Shown: positions 42,434 through 51,506 of the stretch, in pieces | How the letters are laid out: each line of letters starts with the position of its first letter | How positions within the stretch are numbered: the first letter of the stretch is position 1 | NCBI GenBank assembly: GCA_963735755.1 | Contig: CAVTME010000005.1 | Span: 263,036 to 327,035, forward strand | Direction: 5' to 3' | Origin: an uncultured Bacteroidota bacterium | GTDB lineage: Bacteria; Bacteroidota; Bacteroidia; Bacteroidales; GCA-2748055 | DNA length: 64,000 bases | Position numbers and translations under genes: made by a program | Notes under the pieces: model-generated | Told to the model about the DNA's origin: nothing | Database searches by the model: none | Seen by the model: the letters and a program-made list of their open reading frames with translations, nothing else

Positions 42434-42853
42434 ATGAAAAGAATACACACATTTTTGGGAGCCATATTATTGGCTGTATTACTTACGGCTGTTTTCACGG
42501 CATGTGATGACGATGATAATGGTGATAATAATCCAGCTACACTCAATGGATCATGGTCTACTCCGTCAGGGGATGTTAGCTTTTTTGTCAGCCAGGAATC
42601 CAAAATTGATACACTGAGGGTCACTCTTACCTTTACGGGTGATTGTTCAGGAAGTATAATCACAACCATGTACGGGGTAAATATTTCTGATAACATGTTT
42701 ACCGGAAACCTGGGAAGTTCCTGGGAAGGAAGTACGGGATCAATCAAAGGGACATTCTCTCAGGATAAGAAGACCTGCAACGGAACATATAATTATGATA
42801 ACTCCACATGCAATCCAATCAGTGAATCATGGACTGCAACACCTTCCGATTGA
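42434..42853 (+). CDS. Hypothetical lipoprotein
   Basis: MKRIHTFLGAILLAVLLTAVFTAC (lipobox), followed by an Asp-rich linker. Confidence 0.5.
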   Translation: MKRIHTFLGAILLAVLLTAVFTACDDDDNGDNNPATLNGSWSTPSGDVSFFVSQESKIDTLRVTLTFTGDCSGSIITTMYGVNISDNMFTGNLGSSWEGSTGSIKGTFSQDKKTCNGTYNYDNSTCNPISESWTATPSD

Positions 42854-42952
42854 TTTGCAGGGGGATCTATTTTATCAACTTCAGGTCTGGGGATTATGTA
42901 ACCACTCGAAAGATAATCAAGCTGTGATTTTATCCCCCCGGTTACTCCATTG

Positions 42953-43046
42953 CATCGCTATGTCGTGAGCTTGTCAGCTACGCTGCCTCGGTTATTCGCA
43001 TACTACGTATGCTCATGAGCTCGTCAGCTACGCTGCCTCGGTTCAC
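42953..43046 (-). repeat. Dispersed copy of the tRNA-derived hairpin-module repeat seen at 5.4-5.8 kb
   Basis: The reverse complement reads GAACCGAGGCAGCGTAGCTGACGAGCTCATGAGCATACGTAGTATGCGAATAACCGAGGCAGCGTAGCTGACAAGCTCACGACATAGCGATG. The array reads GAACCGAGACAACGTAGTTGTCGAGCTCATGAGCATACGGAGTGTGCGAATAA. It contains a 27-nt internal direct repeat (42967-42993 and 43017-43043). Confidence 0.8.
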
Positions 43047-43222
43047 GCTGGGGCTTCTATTAAGCCTGCTGATCCCTGCAAGTATTCAGAGTCAGTGGGA
43101 AATCGTGAATAAAGGTGGATACATTGGTCAGATAGAATTTCTAAATGATCAGGTAGGTTGTGAAAGCTTTCCCAAAAACATCATAAATTAAAACAAGAGT
43201 TAATGCTTAAATTTGGGGAACT

Positions 43223-43418
43223 ATGAAAAAGTCAAAATTCAACGAGAGTAATATCATTAGTATTCTAAAACAGCAACAAGCTGGACTACCTGTATCCGAC
43301 ATTTGTCGCGAACACGGGATAAGCCAGGCCACCTTAATTTAACAGGAAGAGCAAGTATGGCGGAATGAACGTTTCCAATCTCAAGCGCATGAAAGAGCTT
43401 GATCAGGAGACTGTTTAA
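43223..43418 (+). mobile_element. IS3-family transposase orfA remnant (HTH part only; stop + frameshift, no orfB)
   Basis: MKKSKFNESNIISILKQQQAGLPVSDICREHGISQATLI*, then in the +1 frame FNRKSKYGGMNVSNLKRMKELDQETV*. This is the typical IS3/IS911 OrfA N-terminus. Confidence 0.7.
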
Positions 43419-43462
43419 ATGGAACCGAGAAAATAAAAAACAAAACTAAACTTCAGTAAACG

Positions 43463-44803
43463 ATGAACCGGAAAGATTTAAAACGAAGAGATTTTATAAC
43501 AAAAGCTACAATCGGAACATTCGGAGCTGCAGCTTTCATATCGGCTTGTTCAACAGAGAAAAAAACAAAAACAATCAATGAGCCACCTGAGTTGCTTGAT
43601 CGGGCACCTGAGGGCAATGTTATTAAAGCCGGGTTAATTGGCTGCGGTGGACGCGGAACCGGTGCGGCTATTAATTTTTTAGAAGCTGGGCCAAACCTGG
43701 AGATTAAGGCTTTAGGAGATGTTTTTCAGGATAGGATTGATACTTGTCGAGCAAATCTGAAAGAAGAGAAAGGCGTTGAGATTGCCGATGAAAATTGCTT
43801 TTTGGGTTTTGATAGTTATCAAAAAGTGATTGAATCAGGTGTAGATGTGGTATTGCTTTGCACACCGCCTCATTTCCGTCCCTTACATGTGGAGGCGGCA
43901 ATAACTGCCCGCAAGCATGTTTTTATGGAAAAACCAGTTGCTGTCGATCCGGTAGGTGCACGCTCTGTTCTGGTTTCTTCAAAAATGGCTGAATCGCTGG
44001 GACTGTGTATGGTTAGTGGTACGGTTCGAAGAGTACAGAAAGATTATATGACCACCCAGATGAAAGTTGCTAACGGTGAAATAGGCGAAATTGTTGGCGC
44101 TAATATTATCCGAAACGGAGGTGCTTTGTGGTATAGAAAAAGAAAACCCGAATGGAACGATATGGAATACATGCTGCGAAACTGGGCAAATTTTTGCTGG
44201 CTTTCGGGGGATCATATAACGGAACAATTTATTCACGAAATTGACGTAATGAGCTGGCACATGGGTAGGCCTCCGATAAAAGCAGTTGGCTGGGGTGGCC
44301 GCCAAAGGAGGGTTACAGGCGATCAGTATGATTTTTTTAACGTGGAGTATGTATATGAAAATGGTGTAAGAACACACTGTGCAGCACGTCAGATAAATGG
44401 CTGTTCCAACGGCAAGGTGGAACGTATTGTAGGTACTAATGGAGTAGCTATAGCTTCCGGTCAAATACTTGATGTTTACGGGAATGAAGTATGGAAATAT
44501 CCGAAGCCGGAAGAAGAAGATACCCAATCGAAATGGAAGGTGACCAATCCATTTGTACAGGAACACATTAATCTTGTAACTGGGATAAGAACCGGAATCA
44601 CTGTTAACGATGCTGAAGCACAGGTGAATTCGACCTTGATGACCATAATGGGTCGAATTGCAGCCTATACCGGAAAAGATATTACCTGGGAAGAAGTGAT
44701 GAATTCAGACCTCTATTTGGGACCCAAAACATATGCATTTGGCCCGGTCCCCGGAATTCCTGAAGAAAGACCCCTGGCTGGAGAAGAAAACAGCTTGACT
44801 TAA
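43463..44803 (+). CDS. Gfo/Idh/MocA family oxidoreductase with Tat signal
   Basis: 446 aa, intact. Has the Tat motif [23 protein letters not shown] and the Rossmann motif [16 protein letters not shown]. Confidence 0.85.
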   Translation: MNRKDLKRRDFITKATIGTFGAAAFISACSTEKKTKTINEPPELLDRAPEGNVIKAGLIGCGGRGTGAAINFLEAGPNLEIKALGDVFQDRIDTCRANLKEEKGVEIADENCFLGFDSYQKVIESGVDVVLLCTPPHFRPLHVEAAITARKHVFMEKPVAVDPVGARSVLVSSKMAESLGLCMVSGTVRRVQKDYMTTQMKVANGEIGEIVGANIIRNGGALWYRKRKPEWNDMEYMLRNWANFCWLSGDHITEQFIHEIDVMSWHMGRPPIKAVGWGGRQRRVTGDQYDFFNVEYVYENGVRTHCAARQINGCSNGKVERIVGTNGVAIASGQILDVYGNEVWKYPKPEEEDTQSKWKVTNPFVQEHINLVTGIRTGITVNDAEAQVNSTLMTIMGRIAAYTGKDITWEEVMNSDLYLGPKTYAFGPVPGIPEERPLAGEENSLT

Positions 44804-44826
44804 ATCTAACTTATAGCTTATTTGAA

Positions 44827-45525
44827 ATGAAACAATTGCTTTTTATTGCGGGATTAGTTCTATGGGCCGGAGTGATCTCAGCCCAGGAATCACTGTTCAG
44901 TTTCGGTGAAGAGCTTGGTCTGCAAAAGATGATATCAGAAGAGAATCTGGAAGGTGTACCCATTAATTGGATACAGGTAAATACCGAAGCTGAAACCTGG
45001 AAAGCAAAGGGTGATGAGTTGATTTGTTCCGGACATCCGATTGGTGTAATCCGTTCAGAGCTTAAGTACGAGAACTTTATATTACACATCGAGTGGAAAC
45101 ACATGGAACCGGGAGGGAATTCAGGGACCTTTGTTTGGAGCGACGCTAATCCAGGCGACAACCGTTTACCAAACGGGGTAGAAGTACAGATGTTGGAGCT
45201 CGATTGGGTAAACCTGAATACAAGAGATGGTAAAACACCTCCTATTGCTTATGTACATGGCGAAATATTCGGAGTTGGAGGGATAGAAACTGTGCCTGAT
45301 AATCCAAGGGGACGCCGTAGTAAATCTGTTGAAAACAGGTGTAAAGGAAGAGGGGAGTGGAACACCTACGAAGTGGTGTGTGTTGATGGAACCATTAAGC
45401 TTTCGGTAAATGGTAAATTTGTTAACGGGATAAGTAAATCAACTAAAAAGGAAGGGTTTATATGTCTTGAATCAGAGGGAGCTGAAATTCATTTCAGAAA
45501 CATTAGAATAATTCAATTGCCCTGA
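44827..45525 (+). CDS. DUF1080 domain protein (3-keto-disaccharide hydrolase family)
   Basis: 232 aa with a signal peptide. Contains W...NFILHIEWK...GGNSG and the C-terminal [16 protein letters not shown]. Confidence 0.75.
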   Translation: MKQLLFIAGLVLWAGVISAQESLFSFGEELGLQKMISEENLEGVPINWIQVNTEAETWKAKGDELICSGHPIGVIRSELKYENFILHIEWKHMEPGGNSGTFVWSDANPGDNRLPNGVEVQMLELDWVNLNTRDGKTPPIAYVHGEIFGVGGIETVPDNPRGRRSKSVENRCKGRGEWNTYEVVCVDGTIKLSVNGKFVNGISKSTKKEGFICLESEGAEIHFRNIRIIQLP

Positions 45526-45552
45526 AACTTCTTGGTAATTGACAGATCAGCC

Positions 45553-45654
45553 TCATTCTACCAGAAAGAATTTGATCGCCCGCGTGAATGCTGCTGTTTC
45601 CATTTTGCAGAAATAGAGCCCTGCTGATATCGTTTCGACAGTATAATTCCTTGC
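45553..45654 (-). pseudogene. Orphan remnant of a T9SS C-terminal sorting domain
   Basis: A 33-codon open stretch reads NYTVETISAGLYFCKMETAAFTRAIKFFLVE*. This matches the last two strands of a Por CTD, and no upstream body is in frame. Confidence 0.3.
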
Positions 45655-45888
45655 ATTTCAGGAAAAAATTGAAAAGCAAAGTTACACAGGTAGCCTCCAT
45701 ATAAAGTCATCCAAGAAAACCTCTTCCACTTCCCAAATCAACCTCCAATCAGCCCCATTTCCGGCACTTCTCGGCCAGGGAGGGTTAAGTTAACAGCCGG
45801 AGTAGAAAGTCCGTTGTTATGCAAATTGCTTGCAAATAACAAAAAAAGCAGCCACACCTCATTTGATGTAACTGCTTCATTCTCAGAG

Positions 45889-45962
45889 TGAACGAGAGAG
45901 GAGTCGAACCCCCAACCTCCTGATCCGTAGTCAGGTGCTCTATCCAGTTGAGCTACTCGTCC
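45889..45962 (-). tRNA. tRNA-Arg(ACG)
   Basis: The reverse complement is GGACGAG-TA-GCTC-AACTGGATA-GAGC-A-CCTGA-CTACGGA-TCAGG-AGGTT-GGGGG-TTCGACT-CCTCT-CTCGTTC-A. All four stems pair (one G.U in the acceptor). Confidence 0.9.
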
Positions 45963-46058
45963 GGTAATTGACGGCAAATTTAAACAAATCGGGCCAAATC
46001 CAAAACACTTGACCCCTATTTCGTGTTCCTTTTATATATTTATATAAAAAGTGCTGCC

Positions 46059-48863
46059 ATGAAAAAAGTCCTCCGTATCCTGGGTATTACCATAGGTGTT
46101 ATTCTCCTTCTGCTCATACTGATCCCGATCCTCTTTAAATCGAGGATTGAAAGCACGGTGAAGCAGAAGATCAATGAGAATGTGTATGCCACGGTGGACT
46201 GGTCTCGATTCAGTCTGTCGCTTTTCAGGGGTTTCCCTGACCTGAGTGTGAATCTGCACCATGTATCTGTGGTGGGAGTCGATGATTTTCAGGGGGATAC
46301 ACTGGCAGGGCTAAAGCGCTTTGAACTCAGGGTGAATCCTTTCAGTGCCATTAAAGGGAATCTGGAGGTGAAGGCCATTTTACTGGATCAGCCGCTGATC
46401 AACGGAATCGTACTGGAGGATGGCACGGCCAACTGGGATATTGCAAAAGTTTCGGAACCTGAAGAGGTTGAAGTGGAAACTGGGGAGGGACAAGGATCTT
46501 CCATGAGTGTATCGCTTCAACGATTTGCCATTCTGGATGGGCGCATTTTTTATACGGATGCTGTTATGGGTGTAGACGCCTCCCTGGAGGATTTCGATCT
46601 TGAATTATCAGGTGACCTCTCCATGGAAGAGACGGAACTACTCCTGGAGGTGGGAGTGAATAAGATCAATGCCACCCATGGAGGGATCCGCTACCTGCGG
46701 GATGGTACTTTTGGTATCGATCTGAAAGCCGCAGCCAACATGGTGGACCAGACCTATTCCATGCTTGAAAATGAGATCAGAATCAATGACCTGGCACTGG
46801 GGATCGAGGGCGTGGTGGCCATGATGGAGAATGGAGGAATGGATATGGATCTCAGGTTCTTTACCAGGGAGACCTCATTTCAGTCACTACTTTCCATGGT
46901 GCCGGCCATCTACCTGCAGGATTTTGAAGCACTCGATGCCAGTGGAACTCTTGGACTTGAAGGAACTGTCAGGGGAATCATGATGGATTCATTGCTTCCC
47001 GATGCCCAGATCTCTCTTGAAGTCTCCGACGGATATTTCAGCTATCCCGACCTTCCCAAAGATGTATCTGACGTACAGATCAGCCTGGTGGCTCATTATG
47101 ACGGGAAGGATATGGATGGATCCACAGTGGACCTGGAAAGGTTCCACCTGCTATTGGGAGGGAATCCCTTTGATGTCATGCTACATGTGGACCATCCTGT
47201 CAGCGACATGCATGTGGCTGGTTCTTTAAAAGGTATGATTGATTTTGCCTCCCTGAAAGATGTGCTACCCCTCGAAGATCTGGAGATGGAAGGCAAGCTG
47301 ACAGCCGATCTGAATCTTGATACTCGCATGTCATATATTGAGCAGGAACAGTATGAAGAGGTTGACCTGGATGGAAGTCTGCTCATTGAGGGGGTGATGG
47401 TGGAAGCTCCTGACATACCGGTGCCGGTGCATCTGCAGAGAATGGAGATGAATTTTAATCCCAGGTTTGTGGAGTTGGCCGGACTTGACCTGCAATTGGG
47501 CAGTTCAGATATACACATGACAGGGGAACTGACAAATTTTATTCCCTATGTATTTGAAGGTAAAACGGTTGCAGGTTTTCTACAGGTATCCTCAAACCTA
47601 CTTGATGCCAATGAATTGATGCCGGAAGAGGCTGAGGGTGATGCAGAAGTCGCGGATGGTGTTGAAGATTCCGGTGATACTACGGAAGTTGCCCAGGTCA
47701 AAATTCCTGAAAATATTGATTTTGCACTGGGGCTGGACATGAAGAGCGTCGTTTATGATGAAATAGCATTGGAGAATATCAGTGGGGAAATGTTGGTGCG
47801 AGGGGGAGTGGCCAACCTGAATGGCTTGCAGATGGAAGTGATTGAGGGGAGGGTGACTGCCGATGGCCAAGTGGATACGCGTGGAGCGTTCACGGAAGCA
47901 GACCTTGCACTGGACATGATCGGTGTGGATATTCCCTCCGCATATACCACCTTCGTGGCTGTGGAACGCCTGGCACCCATGGCGAAGTATTGCAAAGGCA
48001 CTGCCAATATCAGCCTGAAGTTTCATTCGCAATTGGATGCTTCATTATCCCCGGTGTATGAGTCTGTCCAGGCCGATGGCCGGATATTCACAAAAGGATT
48101 GCAGCTCTATAATACGAAATCTTTTGTCAGACTCAGTGAGCTGCTTAAGAATGAAAAATTCAGGGAAATGGCGCCGGATGATATGAACATCAAGTTCAGG
48201 GTCAGGAATGGCAGGGTCCTTGTCGATCCTTTTGATCTTGACTTTGACGACTCCAGGATTACTGTTTCAGGGTCGCATGGTATCGATATGACTATGAACT
48301 ATTTGCTGGATATGGAAATTGCAAAAAGCGACCTGGGTTCCGGTGCCAATGATGTGATCAGCGGTGTATCTGCCCTGGCTGCTGGGGCTGGATTCAAAAT
48401 TCCAGAATCAGATGTTGTGAAGATAAAGGCCAGGATCACAGGCACCTTCGATGACCCCAGCGTCTCCACCGATTTAAGCGAAAATATTCAGGCAGGCAAA
48501 GAAGCAGTGAAAGAGGTCGTAGAAGAGCGGGTAAGAGAAGAAGTGGAAAAAGTAGAAGAGCAGGTGCGCGAGGAAGCAGGGGAGAAGGCCGATGAGATTC
48601 TGAAAGAGGCTGAGGAGGAGGCTGCACGCATCATGGAAGAAGCGAGGAAGGCTGGAGAAGACCTGGTGAAGGAGGCTGAAAAACAGGGGGCAGCCCTGGT
48701 GAAGGAGGCCGGGAGCAATCCATTGAAGAAGTTTGCCGCCCAGGAGGCTGCAAAGGAACTGGTGCGCCAGGCTGAGAAGCAATCAGAGAATCTTCTGCAG
48801 GAGGCACAGGAAAAATCCGATGAAATTCTTCAGAAGGCCAGGGAAGAGGCAGAGCGGATCTGA
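46059..48863 (+). CDS. AsmA-family protein with a charged coiled-coil C-terminus
   Basis: ORF 46023..48863, with the likely start MKKVLRILGITIGVILLLLILIPILF at 46059. It has a single N-terminal TM, a long beta-rich body, and a C-terminal E/K/A-rich repeat region. Confidence 0.7.
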   Translation: MKKVLRILGITIGVILLLLILIPILFKSRIESTVKQKINENVYATVDWSRFSLSLFRGFPDLSVNLHHVSVVGVDDFQGDTLAGLKRFELRVNPFSAIKGNLEVKAILLDQPLINGIVLEDGTANWDIAKVSEPEEVEVETGEGQGSSMSVSLQRFAILDGRIFYTDAVMGVDASLEDFDLELSGDLSMEETELLLEVGVNKINATHGGIRYLRDGTFGIDLKAAANMVDQTYSMLENEIRINDLALGIEGVVAMMENGGMDMDLRFFTRETSFQSLLSMVPAIYLQDFEALDASGTLGLEGTVRGIMMDSLLPDAQISLEVSDGYFSYPDLPKDVSDVQISLVAHYDGKDMDGSTVDLERFHLLLGGNPFDVMLHVDHPVSDMHVAGSLKGMIDFASLKDVLPLEDLEMEGKLTADLNLDTRMSYIEQEQYEEVDLDGSLLIEGVMVEAPDIPVPVHLQRMEMNFNPRFVELAGLDLQLGSSDIHMTGELTNFIPYVFEGKTVAGFLQVSSNLLDANELMPEEAEGDAEVADGVEDSGDTTEVAQVKIPENIDFALGLDMKSVVYDEIALENISGEMLVRGGVANLNGLQMEVIEGRVTADGQVDTRGAFTEADLALDMIGVDIPSAYTTFVAVERLAPMAKYCKGTANISLKFHSQLDASLSPVYESVQADGRIFTKGLQLYNTKSFVRLSELLKNEKFREMAPDDMNIKFRVRNGRVLVDPFDLDFDDSRITVSGSHGIDMTMNYLLDMEIAKSDLGSGANDVISGVSALAAGAGFKIPESDVVKIKARITGTFDDPSVSTDLSENIQAGKEAVKEVVEERVREEVEKVEEQVREEAGEKADEILKEAEEEAARIMEEARKAGEDLVKEAEKQGAALVKEAGSNPLKKFAAQEAAKELVRQAEKQSENLLQEAQEKSDEILQKAREEAERI

Positions 48864-48872
48864 TCAGGGACT

Positions 48873-48905
48873 AAAAAAAAGGCCGCATCAAATGATGCAG
48901 CCTTC
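48873..48905 (-). terminator. Intrinsic terminator of rplS
   Basis: On the minus strand: AAGGCTGCATC-ATTT-GATGCGGCCTT followed by T8. Confidence 0.7.
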
Positions 48906-48927
48906 CAATCTTTTGTTTCCGGGGAAT

Positions 48928-49275
48928 TTAAAACCGCTTCTCTCTGATACGGGCTTTCTTTCCGGTCAGTTCACGGAAGTAGAAGATACGTGCCCTTCTG
49001 ACGCGTCCGTGTTTGTTGATATCCACTTTCTCGATAAACGGAGAAGCTGAAGGGAAAATTCTTTCCACACCTATATTTCCTGACATTTTCCTTACAGTGA
49101 AAGTTTCAGTGTTTCCTTTTCCGCGGCGCTGGATAACCACACCCCTGTATTGCTGGACACGCTCTTTGTTCCCCTCTTTGATCTTGTAGTGAACAGTTAT
49201 GGTATCACCTGCGCTGAACTTTGGCAGTTCAGTTTGGGAAGCATATTCCTGGTCTACAACCTTCATTAAATCCAT
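48928..49275 (-). CDS. rplS: 50S ribosomal protein L19
   Basis: 115 aa: [35 protein letters not shown]...FTVRK...GVERIFP. Confidence 0.95.
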   Translation of the reverse strand: MDLMKVVDQEYASQTELPKFSAGDTITVHYKIKEGNKERVQQYRGVVIQRRGKGNTETFTVRKMSGNIGVERIFPSASPFIEKVDINKHGRVRRARIFYFRELTGKKARIREKRF

Positions 49276-49380
49276 GATTCTATTCTTTTGTGTATTCTAA
49301 GCCTGATTTAACAGGTCGCAAAAGTACAAATAATTTTCATAATTGACTACACGGAAATGTGATTTATTAACAATAAAATG

Positions 49381-51069
49381 TTAATGGCCGGCGTCCCCTT
49401 TGGGCATCTTCAGATTTTTACCTGCATCCTCCACGACGATTCCCTTCCATTGCTCTGAATATCCTGGCTGGTCAGGGCTCAGCGGATAGCCGTCCGGACT
49501 CCTTAGAAACACACCATTCTCCTCCTTTTTAATGTTTCCGTCGATATATTTTACAAGTAAAAACTGTCCCAGTTCTTTGTACCGTTGAACAGTATTGTTT
49601 CCTGTTTTTACAGAATAGTCTGTGATGAATTCCCTGGCCATTTCTGGATTGGCCTTGTTGAGAGCGGCAGCTGCAGCATCGATCTCCAGGACTTCTGCAA
49701 TGTATTTCTCTTCCAGCTCCGTTTGCACCTTCTTTACATCCTCCATCATCACGTTGTAGCGGAGGTAAGAGAAATTGGAAACAAAGCTAAATGCCCAGAA
49801 GGCTGATGTTTCAGAATAGGTAAGCAAATCTCCGTTCCCAACTGCGTAGGATTCCGGTACCCTGGTCATGCCACAATACATGGGGACGTAGGTGGTGGCT
49901 GCAGCATCATCAATCCCGAACCAGAGAATTCCACCAAGCCAGTCCGGTTTTTTAGGCCTGGATTCGGCTATAAAGGAGAACCCGGTTTGCTGCGTGGCAG
50001 TAGCCCGTTCATTTACATACATTTTGCCGTCATATTCCCATGTCAGGGGACGCCACCGGTAGGGGAGGCCAAACGGTCCTGCGCCGGCATCATTACTCAT
50101 GTCCAGTTCGGTTCCTTCCAGGTGGTCCCTCATGAAATTCATCAGGTCCCTGTTGGAAAGCTTGCGATTGGGTTTGATATAAAGCGGCATCCTGTTCTCC
50201 AGCTCTTCACCCTTTACGTAGCTAAAGTACTGGTCCATGTTGTCATTGATATCTTTGAAGAAGGACCATACCCTCATGTCGCAGAACCTTGCTGCACTAA
50301 AATCTACGGGTGCATAGGTATCTGAAAAACTAAAATCTTCATCGCTTCCTTCATAGTATCCTTTTTCGCGTGCGAAATCGATCACATCGGGTGCATACAG
50401 GCAATTCTCAGGATCATCCAATGGAAACTGCTGGATCCTTGCCTGGTTGGCATGACCGCTAACGTATCCATCGGGAATGCGGACAGCAACCCAGACAGCT
50501 CCTTTATATTTATTGATTGTTTTACCGCCTTTGCTAACCATCTCGGTTCCTTTCCCGATCAGTTCCAGGATCCAGACCTCGTTTGGGTCAGCGATGGAAA
50601 ACGATTCCCCGGAGCTGTAATACCCATGCTCTTTCACCAGTTCCCCCATAATGTTAACCGCTTCCCTGGCTGTGCGTGCCCGCTGAAGGGTAATGTAGAT
50701 CAGGCTGCCATAATCGATGATCCCTGTGGTGTCCCTCAATTCACTTCTTCCTCCGTAGGTGGTTTCACCGATGGCCACCTGGTGTTCATTCATATTTCCA
50801 ATCACCGAATAGGTGTGTGACAACTGGGGAATTCGCCCCAGAAGTTTATTGGTATCCCATTCGCGAACATCCATCATGGCTCCGGGGGAATAGTTGGCAG
50901 CCGGCCTGAAATACAACTCTCCATAGAGCACATGTGCATCTGCGGCATAGGTTATCATGGCCGACCCGTTCACCGAAGCTCCGGGTGTAACTAGAAAATT
51001 GGTACAGGCTTCTGTATTCCCATTCCAGATAAACAATCCCAATACCATTCCAAACAATACTCTTTTCAT
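49381..51069 (-). CDS. C69 family dipeptidase
   Basis: 562 aa. A signal peptide is followed by the mature N-terminal nucleophile context ACTNFLVTPGAS. Confidence 0.8.
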   Translation of the reverse strand: MKRVLFGMVLGLFIWNGNTEACTNFLVTPGASVNGSAMITYAADAHVLYGELYFRPAANYSPGAMMDVREWDTNKLLGRIPQLSHTYSVIGNMNEHQVAIGETTYGGRSELRDTTGIIDYGSLIYITLQRARTAREAVNIMGELVKEHGYYSSGESFSIADPNEVWILELIGKGTEMVSKGGKTINKYKGAVWVAVRIPDGYVSGHANQARIQQFPLDDPENCLYAPDVIDFAREKGYYEGSDEDFSFSDTYAPVDFSAARFCDMRVWSFFKDINDNMDQYFSYVKGEELENRMPLYIKPNRKLSNRDLMNFMRDHLEGTELDMSNDAGAGPFGLPYRWRPLTWEYDGKMYVNERATATQQTGFSFIAESRPKKPDWLGGILWFGIDDAAATTYVPMYCGMTRVPESYAVGNGDLLTYSETSAFWAFSFVSNFSYLRYNVMMEDVKKVQTELEEKYIAEVLEIDAAAAALNKANPEMAREFITDYSVKTGNNTVQRYKELGQFLLVKYIDGNIKKEENGVFLRSPDGYPLSPDQPGYSEQWKGIVVEDAGKNLKMPKGDAGH

Positions 51070-51270
51070 AACCTTTCAACTTTTTACTTTATACTTTTTC
51101 AATGCCGCTGCAAGATTCCATTTTTCTCTTAGACTACCAACAGATCCTATTGAATAACACAAAGTTGCCAATGTGAATAGGGCAGGAGTTGATAAGTGTA
51201 TTTATTTACATAATCTTTATACCCCCCTAATGCTATACATAAAGAATGCTTAAAAGTAATTAATTAGGGA

Positions 51271-51299
51271 ATAAACCCCCTGTTGAAATGGGGGTTTAT
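51271..51299. other. Perfect 10-bp hairpin ATAAACCCCC-N9-GGGGGTTTAT in an AT-rich gap
   Basis: Read directly. There is no adjacent CDS end on either strand within 200 nt. Confidence 0.5.
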
Positions 51300-51469
51300 A
51301 TGGAAATATTAGCAAAATATATCTTGGTGTCTAAATTTAACATCAATATGCTTGCAGGGTAGTAAAAGTGTATTTATCTTTGTGGCATACTATTTGATAA
51401 AGAATAGTAAATGTTTTTTCAAAGGTAATTTAGTTGGTAGTTTAGTTGGTAGTTTTAGTTAGTGTTGTA

Positions 51470-51506
51470 GAAAAGGGTGTGTCGTCAGACAACCCTTTTC
51501 TTTTTT
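51470..51506 (+). terminator. Intrinsic terminator, plus-strand polarity (GAAAAGGGTGTGTC-GTCA-GACAACCCTTTTC + T6)
   Basis: A long stem followed by TTTTTT on the plus strand. It abuts the stop of the minus-strand adh gene, but on that strand no U-run follows the stem. Confidence 0.55.

Noticed and set aside
45785-45815. RNase P RNA-like GAAAGTCCG motif.
   Set aside because: It is an isolated short match. The surrounding sequence lacks the P4 partner and the required length and structure.
48436-48782. Alternative-frame ORFs rich in S, L and P inside the AsmA C-terminal region.
   Set aside because: They are frame shadows of the GAA/GAG/AAG-rich coiled-coil coding sequence.
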